A DNA stretch of 64,000 nucleotides from Macrostomum lignano (Eukaryota), in contig NIVC01003575.1 of the NCBI GenBank assembly GCA_002269645.1, forward strand, positions 1-64,000, written 5' to 3'. The position numbers were made by a program, and so were the translations under genes. Positions 46,598 through 57,900 of this stretch are shown here, piece after piece; within the stretch, counting starts at the first letter, position 1; each line of letters starts with the position of its first letter. Under the pieces are notes generated by a model that saw nothing but the letters and a program-made list of their open reading frames with translations, had not been told where the DNA came from and made no database searches.

Positions 46598-49500
46598 GCA
46601 GTTTGGTTAGAAGAATGCAACCACTGAACTTGATCCTTAGTTCTAGCAGATAGATTTAATGAATATATAAAATATTAAAACCTAGATGTGTCTAAAATAA
46701 TGTATAAAATAATTTTGTCTAACAGCAAGAGTGCAATAAAATTGTATCTAGGGAGGCTTTTTGCAACATAGCTTTGCTCTGTATGCAATTAAAATCTTCT
46801 CACTATGGTTTCAACTACTTAATGCTTCCTTGCTCTTTTAATTTGTTTTTCAATAACATAATTTTTTCTCTCTTTGTTCAATTTTTTCTTATTTAATTCA
46901 TTTTTATTTCATTTTTGTCCTATATATCCCCTTACAAATTTTGGTGCTTGGCTATTAAGTTTTGCAACATACCTAAGCTGCCTTGGCCACACTATTACCT
47001 AGCAAGACAAGCCAGGTATTGTCCATATATATTGTCTTATACATAAAATGCATTGCAAAAGTTTTCAGACTATTTTCTATGGACAGCAAGATTGTTTAAA
47101 TAAGTTAAATTTTACCTATCAATATATTTACTTTTATAGTAGCTTTATTAAAGCATAAAATTTCATAGTAATACCATGTGCATGCCAAAAGTTACATGTA
47201 TTTTATTGTGCAATGGTGCCTCACCCCAACCTTTCCAGTTTGCCCAACCTAGTTTTCTCAATTAGTGCATATACTGATCATGTCATTATGTACCTTATCC
47301 TAATTTATGAATATTGTATATTTGTTCTTAAATTATTTAATATTCACACACTTGTAGGTCAAATGATAAATATAAGATAAAGTTGCCGTCTAGTTGGCAG
47401 CTTTTTGGTCCAATTGTTGGCTACTTTTAAACATAACTACTTGTCTACAATAACAAATATATGGCAAACTGCATTGGCTATAGGGTGTAAGTTTGTAAGA
47501 TATTATTCTTTTCTTGCTTCTTCATTAGGATGCAAGAAGGGGAGCTCTGACTAAGGACTTGGGGTTGCAGCTTCCCAAATGGTTAGGCTGCAGTTTTTAT
47601 TTTTGAGGAAAGGGTGCAAAAGAATTTCAAAACTGCATTCAAGAAATTTCTAATATTTTTGAAGCTTTTATTTTTTGATACAGGGAAAACAATATATCCT
47701 TATGTTAGTGTCAAAAAGTGTCTTAGATATGTTTTGATAAATGGCATTTAAATCAGCTAATATGTGAATAAATTATTGAATGAATATTTATTGCTTTTTT
47801 ATCACTTTTCAATAAAATATTACATGTATTTGGGCTATAGACATGAGCTATAGACCTCTTTGCAATCAAATCAGTATAGGCCTAGTCTATATGCATTTAA
47901 AATATAAAAAAATTGTAAAGCTGCTATTAAATAAAGGAAAAAAGGCAATCTTTTATTTTACTATGTTTAATTATTTTTCACTTTTTTCTCATTTCAGCCA
48001 ATTTACTAATGGCTGGAAGGTCCTCTACACCCACTATTGGCCCAAGGCCAATCTAAGGCCAGCAACCGAGCTATGCAACATTGATATCACGCTACACAAG
48101 CTTATGCTGCTGACGTCTAACAGCTAGCAAACTATTTGCTGGCTGGCCACCTATGGGCTACTGCAAAATTCTCGGGCATGTGAACAATGCCCTGAGGCTC
48201 CAGCCATGCAGCTACAGAGACAGGATGGAGCCCAATTTGTTGATGGCTATACCTAGGCATGTCCAACCTGCAAGATGCAGAAAAGCATCATGAAGGGTAG
48301 CTTTTTCAAGGGTACCCACTTTACCGTCACCTAGCTAATGGATTTGGTGTACCACTGGGCGCACAGTATGCCACACATACATGGCACTTCTGAAGCTCTG
48401 TTTGAAAGCTATCTCAACAAGTATCTCTAGTGCAGGCTCTTTCCTAGAAAGGAGTTTGGCAACTTCCTATACTAGGTGGCTCATTATTACTGACTAATTG
48501 ACTTACTTGAATCCTTGATACTTAAAGACACTTACCTTTTATCCTCCTACAATCTTTATGTTTTGAAATAAAAAAATGGTTAAATTAATTAAACAGAGTA
48601 AAGTAAAAGATTGCTGGAAAAAGCCTAGCCTAAAAATAGACTAGACTAAGGCCTACTTTTTTCTTTTGCTAATAATATTTTATAATTGTTTTATTAAAAA
48701 TTACTTTGGTTTTGTTTGAACTTCTTTTTAAAATAAAACAAATTATATTAGTATACAATGAAATTTTTATTTATATTAGCATAGAGCCATCCAAACCATC
48801 ATGTGGTCAGGATCATGGTCTGATAGTCATGACACATGCCCTAGAATATGGCCTATATTTAATAAGACCAAAAAACTTTCTGCCCCAATGACCAAATTCC
48901 CTGAAACTCTGACTCGAAATCTGTAACAATGCCTTAAAGTAGTCCTAATTAATTTCTGTCCTGAGTGGCCTGAGGCCCATTAAATTTAGTGATTATCGGC
49001 TATCGCGATCCACACTGCAATAATAGGCCTATTGATTGGCCAACAAATGATCCTGACTAGGACCATTTTTTGCTATTCCCTTGAAAAACTGTCTGGCATG
49101 AATAACTTCGAATAAGCTTAACCCTTGGCTGCAACAGAGCATTCTTGATAGATAAACTAAGTAGGCTAGCTAGTTATTTTAGATCAGATAGGCAAGGCTA
49201 GCATTAAAACAATTCTAAGATTGCTTTTGGTACATTATAGAGCTAGGCCTACCTATCCTAGTAAGATTGTCGCTATTAAAGGGCTAAGGCTTCACTAGGC
49301 CTAGCTGTCATCCAGCTCAAGGGCAGAGGCTTGTCCTGTGTGCTGTGTGTGTGTGAGGCCAAGCTGACTAATTTTTTTCATAGAAACTTTTTTCAACCTA
49401 TAAAAACAAATAGCTAAAATGGCTAAAAACATTTTAAATTGTTACACGTCAAACAATACAACTAGGCAAAGAGATATTTTATTTTATAGCAGATTTACTG

Positions 49501-51017
49501 TCAAATTAATTTAAAAGCATTTGTTTTTTTAATAACTATCTTCAAATTGTAGGAAAGATTGTATCTTTCTAAGAAGGTAACTTTTTTACTTTAGGCTTTA
49601 AAAGCAGCCGGTGACAAGTTCTGAGCTTTAAACCGTATGAAAAAAATTAAATAACCGATTTATGTACAAGTCAGTTTTAATTAAATTTCAATACTTTTCG
49701 TTGTTTTGATGCTGCTCAGATCAGTCAGCTGCTGTGCCCCATAAAGTATTTATTATATATTTTATATTTTATATATTATATTTATTATAACAAGTTTTAA
49801 ACCATATAATTAGTGCTTAATCAGGCTTAAGTCTCTTAAAAGTATTTAATATTTAGACTTAAAATAGTTCATAGATTACTCTTCTGGAATCAAAATAATT
49901 TTATGAACAAAACTTGACAATTGTCTATACTATAGATAGTAGTTGAAAGATTATAAAGAAATAGGATTGGCATAAGCCCTGCTAATGTTAAAGCCAGTGC
50001 TTTATAGGCCAGTATCAACTTGTCATTCTCCACTTTTTAAATCAAGATGTCACTCATTATTAATAATGGGATCCAACTAGGTTGACACTGTCATTAGAAG
50101 TTTACAGATTTAATCAATAAGCTAGCAAGTATTTTGCCAGCCAACAAAGTAAAAAACAGTGAAGTTATTACATTTTGGCTCTGAAAGCTACTATCCAATT
50201 TGAATGTTTGCCAACTAATGAATATGCCTTAACAAGCAAAGGCTAAAGACATGACCCCAGCCTTAGCCAATAAAAAAGGTAGATATTTATTATCCAAATT
50301 ATTCCCTCATGTGAAAGACTAAAATGCTATATAAACCAATGTTAAAACCAAGCAAGAAGCTCTCCTAGCTCATTCCTTGCCTAAGCACTATGTTTGATCT
50401 GAATATATAGTCCTCTAATTACACTTAACTACCTAGATTTGACCAATTGATCTATAGAGCATTAAAAGACAACTACTTCTTTCCTTATCAAACCTATTAG
50501 ACAATTGAACCTATTACAGACTTGACCTAGTCAAGCAAGGTATTTGGAACACCTCCCATATATTTTATTAATTGTTGAGATAACATCTGAAGAATGTGAA
50601 TACCAAATATAAGTTATAATGGTCTGAATTTGCCACCTCAGTTATTTGGCTCTCACATTGAACTTATCAAAAGTTTTTATAGAGCCATAGCAATGAAATT
50701 CCAGACCATACATGCCCAGCTTTGAAATTTCACCAGGCTGTGCAACTTTCTTTTTGACCAAAAATGTGACTTTACCTATGAAAGAAATCCTAAAGCAAAA
50801 ATTAGCATAATTTGGGGTAAACGGTAGGAGTAACTAGGACAATATTATTTAAGTTTAAAGCCTCGTCATCTAATTAGTACTACTAAACGAATTGGCCGGC
50901 TGTTGGGCATGTAAGGTCAAGATGACCAAGGACACCCCAGCATATTTATAAAATATTTCAACAGTATAGCAAGATTTTGTATTTTATTTTATGAGCAACG
51001 CTAAATTAACATAATAA

Positions 51018-51380
51018 ATGTCTGGCAAAGCAGACTCATCCTCATTGGCTAGGCGAGCTGGCAGAACAGCAGACGGGGCTGCCACCTCATCCTCGGCTGG
51101 GTCAGGCTCTGATGCAGTGGCTGGCACGCGAAGCAACGAGAACAGCGGGGCGGCCTACCGGGCCTTGTTTGACATGTCGCGCCTGCTTAACACCGGCCTG
51201 CACTATGAGGAGCTGCGAATTTGCACGCATCTGATTGAAGCTGGCGTCAATCCGGAGGCGCTGGCTAAGGTTGTTAGGCATCTGAGATCCACAGCCGAGA
51301 CTGTGCGAGCTCAACAGCAGCAGCAGCAGCTGGCCATGGGGCCAGACAGTGCGGCTGCGGATGATGACGACACTGCGTAA
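51018..51380 (+). CDS. MZT1: Mitotic spindle organizing protein 1 (MOZART1, gamma-TuRC component), intronless
   Basis: LFDMSRLLNTGL...LRICTHLIEAGVNPEALAKVVRHLR matches the MZT1 core L.EISR.LNTGL....L.IC..L.E.G.NPEAL..V...LR. Confidence 0.92.
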   Translation: MSGKADSSSLARRAGRTADGAATSSSAGSGSDAVAGTRSNENSGAAYRALFDMSRLLNTGLHYEELRICTHLIEAGVNPEALAKVVRHLRSTAETVRAQQQQQQLAMGPDSAAADDDDTA

Positions 51381-51444
51381 CAGTTGCTGGGGAGATTTTA
51401 TCATCGCATTCCAACAATAATGCTATTTTTGCTCTGAGTAGCCT

Positions 51445-51960
51445 CGGTTCCTATAGCAACGGGAGTGTTATATTGGATTTGGTTGCTATCGCAGCTGGGG
51501 TGTTATTTTTGGATTTGGTTGCTATAGCAACTCGGGTGTTATTTTTGGATTTGGTTGCTATAGCAACTCGGGTGTTATTTTTGGATTTGGTTGCTATAGC
51601 AGCAGGGTGTTATTTTTGGATTCGGTTGCTATAGCAACTCGGGTGTTATTTTTAGATTTGGTTCCTATAGCAGCAGGGTGTTATTTCGGATTCAGTTGCT
51701 ATAGCGATACAGTTTTAACTTATCTACCATAGCAACGGGGATGTTGTCTTGGCTACCATAGCAACGGAAATTTTGTCTTGGCTACCATAGCAACGGGGAT
51801 GTTGCCTTGGCTACCATAGCAACGGAAATATTGTCTTGGCTACCATAGCAACGGGGATGTTGCCTTGGCTACCATAGCAACGGAAATATTGTCTTGGCTA
51901 CCATAGCAACGGGGATGTTGTCTTGGCTACCATAGCAACGGGGATATTGTCTTGGCTACC
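51445..51960. repeat. Two adjacent minisatellites (35-36 bp, then 29 bp) whose cores are RFX X-box-like sequences
   Basis: GTTGCTATAGCAAC at 51518, 51554, 51625; GCTACCATAGCAAC every 29 bp from 51752. Confidence 0.85.
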
Positions 51961-52879
51961 AATATTGCTAGTAATTGCTAATAATTAATCTAGGCAGCTA
52001 TTCTAGCATGGATTTTAATTGAATGCGAAATACATGTATTCAATCGAATTTCATATTCGATATTAGATAATTTATTATCATGGTTACCATAGCAAAGGCA
52101 ATCTGTCGTAGCTACTACTATAGCAGCGAAAAAAGTATGGGTACTGCATTATGACAATGGTTGTTATTTTTTTATTTTAAATGTTACTTGAAAACCCTTA
52201 ATACTCGTATCTTTATAACCATACTGCTAACCCCCTGCAACTCTTCCTTTGAATCTGAGCACAATGTCTTTGTGTATTTGTATTCTTCTGGCTAACTTCA
52301 TATGCTGTGTTAGTATGTACTCTTGTGTATATATTGCTACTGTGAGTTGCTCGCTTTTTTATTAAACTAAAGTTAATAGACGACAATTAAAAAGCCAAAA
52401 TCTCACTGTTGTACAAGCGTGTGAGTTCATAAAATATTTAAGTGCAATTTCGTTCTATGACGGGCTTTAATTATTTCAATTAAAAAAATAGAGCTAAAAT
52501 GACTTCTATGCTACTATTAGTAGTTGTGGTAGAAAAATCTTATTTTAGGAAAATGTCATTTTTGGGTTTGCGGCCTCTAGCCAAATAGTGTACATTTAAT
52601 ATGCATGTACAAGTACAACATTCGCTCTCTCAGACTGATAATAACTGATAAAATGCACGCGGCAATTTCTGACCCGCATGAGCTCTGAAGAAGCATTTCA
52701 GAAGAAAGCTTTCATTCACTGTGCCATTGAAGCATAATTTCGAAATTTGTGAAATTTGTCTTTGCGAGTTTGTTTATTAAGTAAGTTTTCATTCTTCATT
52801 ATTAATAATGATTTATTTCTCTCGGCAAACATCTATGAACATTGAATCGAACCAAGTACATCTAGATGGAGTCTTTTCC

Positions 52880-53175
52880 GTGTGAATGCAGTCCGAGTTA
52901 CATCTAAATTTGTGTGAATCCAGTCTTGAGTTATTTGTATGTGAATCCAATCTGAAATGTGTGAATCCAGCCTGAAATTTGTGAATGCAGTCTGTATTGT
53001 GTGAATCCAGACTGAAATGTGTGTATTAGGGCTGAAATATGTGAATTCAGTCTGAAATGTGTGAATCCAGCCTGAAATGTGTGAATGCAGTCTGTATTGT
53101 GTGAATCCAGACTGAAATGTGTGTATTATGGCTGAAATATGTGAATTCAGTCTGAAATGTGTGAATCCAGTCTGA
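52880..53175. repeat. Diverged minisatellite, about 20 bp unit (TGTGAATCCAGTCTGAAATG)
   Basis: Recurring TGTGAAT.CAG.CTG directly upstream of RidA. Confidence 0.8.
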
Positions 53176-53235
53176 GCTATTACTCCAAGTGTGTCAGTGT
53201 TTGATTGCCGTTGGCTCTATCTTCATCTTCCAGCC

Positions 53236-53685
53236 ATGCCAGCCAACAGCGGCAGAAAGGTGATAGAGACAAAAAATGCTCCAATCGTAAAAAATCCGCT
53301 AAGTCAGGCTGTGATGACGTCATCGCCGAACAGCCGCCTGCTGTTCCTGTCGGGCCAGTGCGGCTTCCTGCCCGACAGCGGGCAGCTGGCCGGCCTGGAC
53401 ACCGAGAGCCAGGCTAGACAGGCGTTGCGCAACGTTGGCGCCGTTCTCGCCGCCGCAGGCGTCGACTACAACAGCGTGTTAAAGTGCACCGCCCTGCTAG
53501 CCGACATTCGCGACGCACAGAGCTTCAATTCAGTCTACGCTGAATTCTTTCAGCGGCCCTATCCGGCTAGGGAATGTTACCAGGTGTCCAACTTGCCCGC
53601 CGGGGCACGCGTTGAAATTATTGTCGTGGCCGAGGTGGCTACTGATAGTAGTAGCGGCAGTAGTAGGCCCTCGGCTAAGCTGTGA
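53236..53685 (+). CDS. RIDA: RidA / YjgF-YER057c-UK114 family imine deaminase, intronless
   Basis: LFLSGQ, QARQALRN, YAEFF..PYPAR (catalytic Arg), LPAGARVEI. ATG 53236; AATAAA 53745-53750. Confidence 0.9.
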   Translation: MPANSGRKVIETKNAPIVKNPLSQAVMTSSPNSRLLFLSGQCGFLPDSGQLAGLDTESQARQALRNVGAVLAAAGVDYNSVLKCTALLADIRDAQSFNSVYAEFFQRPYPARECYQVSNLPAGARVEIIVVAEVATDSSSGSSRPSAKL

Positions 53686-53811
53686 CTGTCCGAAAACCCA
53701 ATCATTAGTCTAAAGACCATGAAGAGCTCGCCTCCATAGCCTTCAATAAAGTTTGCGATCTGACCCTTAATGGAATCGTCATTTGGATTCAAATCCTTAA
53801 AAAAATAATCG

Positions 53812-54190
53812 CCCCTCCAGTCCCAAAAGAGTCGCCCTCCAGTCCCAAAAGAGTCGCCCTCCAGTCCCAAAAGAGTCGCCCTCCAGTCCCAAAAGAGTCG
53901 CCCTCCAGCCCCATAAGAGTCGCCCTCCAGCCCCATAAGAGTCGCCCTCCAGTCCCAAAAGAGTCGCCCTCCAGCCCCATAAGAGTCGCCCTCCAGCCCC
54001 ATAAGAGTCGCCCTCCAGTCCCAAAAGAGTCGCCCTCCAGCCCCATAAGAGTCGCCCTCCAGCCCCATAAGAGTCGCCCTCCAGTCCCAAAAGAGTCGCC
54101 CTCCAGCCCCATAAGAGTCGCCCTCCAGTCTCATAAGAGTCGCCCTCCAGCCCCATAAGAGTCGCCCTCCAGTCCCATAAGAGTCGCCCC
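53812..54190. repeat. Minisatellite, 22 bp unit (GAGTCGCCCTCCAGTCCCAAAA / ...CCCCATAA)
   Basis: Tandem periodicity. Confidence 0.9.
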
Positions 54191-54751
54191 CATCCTCATC
54201 GGAGTGGTCTTTAGCCTCCCCCATGCCATATTTCAGTAAAAAGTTATTTTAACCAATGGCTTGTTGGCTCTGATTGATGAACATTTTCCAGCTATCGAGC
54301 GTACACTTTTTCTGAATAATTGTCCTGGCCATCGGTCTGCCAGTGTTATTATTTCAGTCAAAATATATTTAGCAATACAGCGACGCAATATTTAGCCCTA
54401 AATGTGGCCTAACATAGATTAGCATACTTCGTATAAATTTTCAAGCCTCCGTTTTCGTTAATTTCAAGCAGGCTGAGTACTCGGGGGTGAGTAAACATTT
54501 TTTTGAAATTGAAGAAAATGCCTTGGTGCATAAGTTTGAAAAAAGCACTACTCAAAAACGTCTTATTTGGTAGATTTTACGAGAATTCTGCACACTGTAC
54601 CCACAGTCCACTGTACACTGAATTGTGTGCCAATTTTAAATTACACGGCTGTGTGCGAGTCGCAGAATTGCGCATTGCTAGCGAGGGGGTAGAGAAGTTT
54701 TTCTACGCAAACTGCGCACTGGCCTCGCTGCGGTGCTGTGTATGGGCGCGT

Positions 54752-54766
54752 GTTGCCAGGGGCGAC
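54752..54766. promoter_or_regulatory. Putative RFX X-box upstream of TTLL7
   Basis: GTTGCC-AGG-GGCGAC about 180 bp upstream of the ATG of a tubulin polyglutamylase. Single motif, not validated. Confidence 0.45.
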
Positions 54767-54946
54767 GGCCACGCCAAGCACGCAAGCGCAGGCAGAGCTG
54801 TCGGATTTTATATAGGCAGTAGAGGAAAAACACTGGAATTTGCGTTTAGCTCTAGCAAAAGCAAAGAAGATTTTCAAGTGAAATCAATTAGTTTAATCCT
54901 GCTTAGCAACCACTGGCGGGTTTCCCTGCCCTAATAGACCAAAAAC

Positions 54947-57900
54947 ATGGCCGGGTTTGCTCGACTACACGATTCAATGGCTAATCTGTACCTAGGAAAG
55001 CCAACGAGTCCACTCAATCCTATCTCCGAGACGCCGTCCAAGTCACCCGGAAACAGTCGCACCTTCGATTCCACTGCCAGCAGCGAGCGGAAGCACCCCG
55101 CACCGGGCGGCAGTCGCAACCGTCTGCGTGTCAGCGACAGCGACGAGGAACGCGACAAGAACGCCAGCTTTATGTCCTATCAGCCGCGTTCGTCCGCTTC
55201 TTCAGCTGGCTTGCGTCGCGATGAAAACACCATCGAAGACAGCGCCGACAAAAAGCGACCCGGATCGCCGCGACCTACGGGATCGTCATTGGCTCGACGT
55301 AGTCGCAACGCTGAGCAGAAATCGTCCCAAAATTTGCCAACTCGATCCGTCGACGGCGCAAGCAGCAGCCGCTCGCTCAGCCGTCCGACAGCGGGCGATG
55401 GCAAACAAGCGCGACACTACGACAGTACGGACAACATGCGGCTGGGAGTCAAGGATGACTCTTCGTCAGAAAACTCCGACGCTAGACTGAGTCGAACAAG
55501 GGACAAACCCAACTGGTCTTCGAGCCGGAGGCAAGCCGACACTAACAAAAGTGAATTCGATATTCCACCACGAAGTAGTAGGCTGGGTTCGAGCCTACTT
55601 GACAAAAGCTCGTCCCTAACTCGAGGAGGGAATCTTGACAGCAAGCTTAGCGACGACGATTCGCCACCAGCGAGGTCTTCACTTCGTGACGAAACTTCGA
55701 TTCGACGCAGAAAGGAGATTGGAGTAACAGATCGTGATAGAGATATCCCAATGCGTCGCCGATCACCCAGGGCAGCTCTCGAACCGGAAAACCGCGATGA
55801 CAGCGCCTCGCCAACACTTCGGTCAACCGCTCAAAAAGGAAGCTTTGAGGAGCCGCTCAAAAAATGGAAAGAATCCCCTAGTCTGAGCAGCAAAGACAGC
55901 ATTCCAGCTCGACGCAAAAAGATTATGGAAGACGACTACGATTCTCCGTCATCTAGATCTGCCGCTCGCGACAAGCCTCGGTTGAGTTTAACTAGCGGTA
56001 GACGGGACCAGTCACCGCCGCCGTCAAAATTGTCGCCACGTAATGAATCCTCCCCGCGCCGACGAAACGATACTGACGAGCGAAGTGGCTCTTTACCATT
56101 CAATCGTCGGAGAGACTTGTCTGGTAAGAACAGCGATTCCGAGGAGTTACCTTCTCGCCGAAGGACGGACCGAGATTTCAGATCCGACTCGCCACCTCTG
56201 AAGTCATCTTTTCGCGACGAACCGCTAAACCGTCGACGCGACAACAACAGCAAAACCGAAATGGAAGACCTGCCGTTTCGTCGTAAGAGGGAATCTCCGA
56301 ATGATCGCAGTGAATCGCCGCCTTCTAGATTTAGGCAAGATGAATCTCTGGTTCGTAGAAAACCTATCAAAGACGATAAAGATGACCTTAAAAGGCGAGG
56401 AAGTACAAATAAAGATACGGACGATTCCGAACCGCAAGCGTCAGATTATCCGCGTCGTCGACCTGCTCCTGGTTTGAGGAGTGGAGCCTCATCGCCACCT
56501 CTTCAATCTTCATTGGGGAACAATCTGTCTCCAAGGCGGTCTAGCTATGCTAGAGACTCGGCAACTTCGCAGAGACAGACAGGCCTGCTTTTAAGTTCAA
56601 AAAGTCGCTACAAAGGCAGTGACGACGAATCGCCTCTGCCTAAACGGGAAGACGGCTTAAGCCTTCGGCGGTCAAGAAATCTAGCTACCCGAGACATGTC
56701 ACCTCCACTGAGCACTTCTATGCCGGCATATAGAACTGGCGACAGTCTTTCACCGCGTCGTCAGGATGATTTGAAAGACGACGACCGAAAGAAACGGGAG
56801 GAGGCTGGTTCATGGCCAAAGTCCGGATACAGGCCCGGTCTTCAGCGCAAAGAAGGCTTGCAGTCCAATGAAACACCTGGTCCAAAATCTAAATTTCAAG
56901 GCGACAAGGAACAGCCAAAGTCTGGAACATTCAAAAGAGCCGTCACAACGCCTAAACAAGCATCCTTAGAAAAGAAAAAGCCTCTACGAGTAGAAACCTC
57001 TGATTCCGAGACTGAGAGTTCAAGCGGGACAAAGGGGTTTAAACGAGAGCCTATTAAGTCACCGGTGCGAACCAAGCCTGCCGGCAAGGATGGTAGAAGC
57101 CTGTCCCCTCCATCTAGATCCTTTAGCAAGAGCTCTCGAGATGAGCTCTCCCCTCGCAGTGCAAAAGGCCTTGACTTGGCTCAGCCTAAGGCAGGAACAG
57201 CTTCAAAGCGTCTCGATGGTCGCAAGCAGGAGCCAGAAAGTACGAAAAAAGGCCTATCACCAAGAGCTAGCTCCAAGGACGACAGCCGATCTCCTCGAAG
57301 TAGCGTCCTTAGCGATAGCAAAAGCAATAAGAAGGAGCCCAGCTACTTGAGATCTGGTCCCAAAGCTGGTCCTAATTCCACTCGGGACCTTTCGCCGCCT
57401 AGAACCGCTGAGAAAAAATCGTATGGTTTTAAGTCATCGTTCAGAATGTCTGACAAAGACAAAGACTCGGAAAATCGGGCGTCTAAGGGCCCGACTGAAT
57501 TCGAGTTTTCCCGCTACGAGACACACTCGCTACGCGTTGTCAAGCTGAAGCGGCCCCTCCCGGCTAATTTGGCTGGCACTCACTATGCACTGGTTGAAAC
57601 AGCGGCAAGGCTTATTGGCTTCGTCAGGACAAATAAAGACGACTTTAAAACGCCATTTCTAATCTGGAATGACACCTTCATTTCGATGGAGCGCCTGACC
57701 CAGTTGAAACCGTTTCAGAGGGTGAACCATTTTCCTGGGATGGCCGAGATCTGCCGCAAAGATCTGCTTGCGAAGAACATGGGCAAGCTTAACCAGCGGT
57801 ATCCAAGCGAGTACAAGTTTGCTCCTAGAACCTGGTGTCTGCCAGATCAACTCGCCAATTTCCGCCAGCACACGCAAGAGCAAAAGTCTGAAGTGAAGCC

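Noticed and set aside
53236-53685. Bacterial horizontal transfer of RidA
   Set aside because: RIDA is native to eukaryotes, codon style matches the host genes, and a splice acceptor and poly(A) signal are present; being intronless is not sufficient evidence.
53577-54224. Minus-strand repeat ORFs (LEGDSYGAGGRL...)
   Set aside because: Translation of the 22-bp array.
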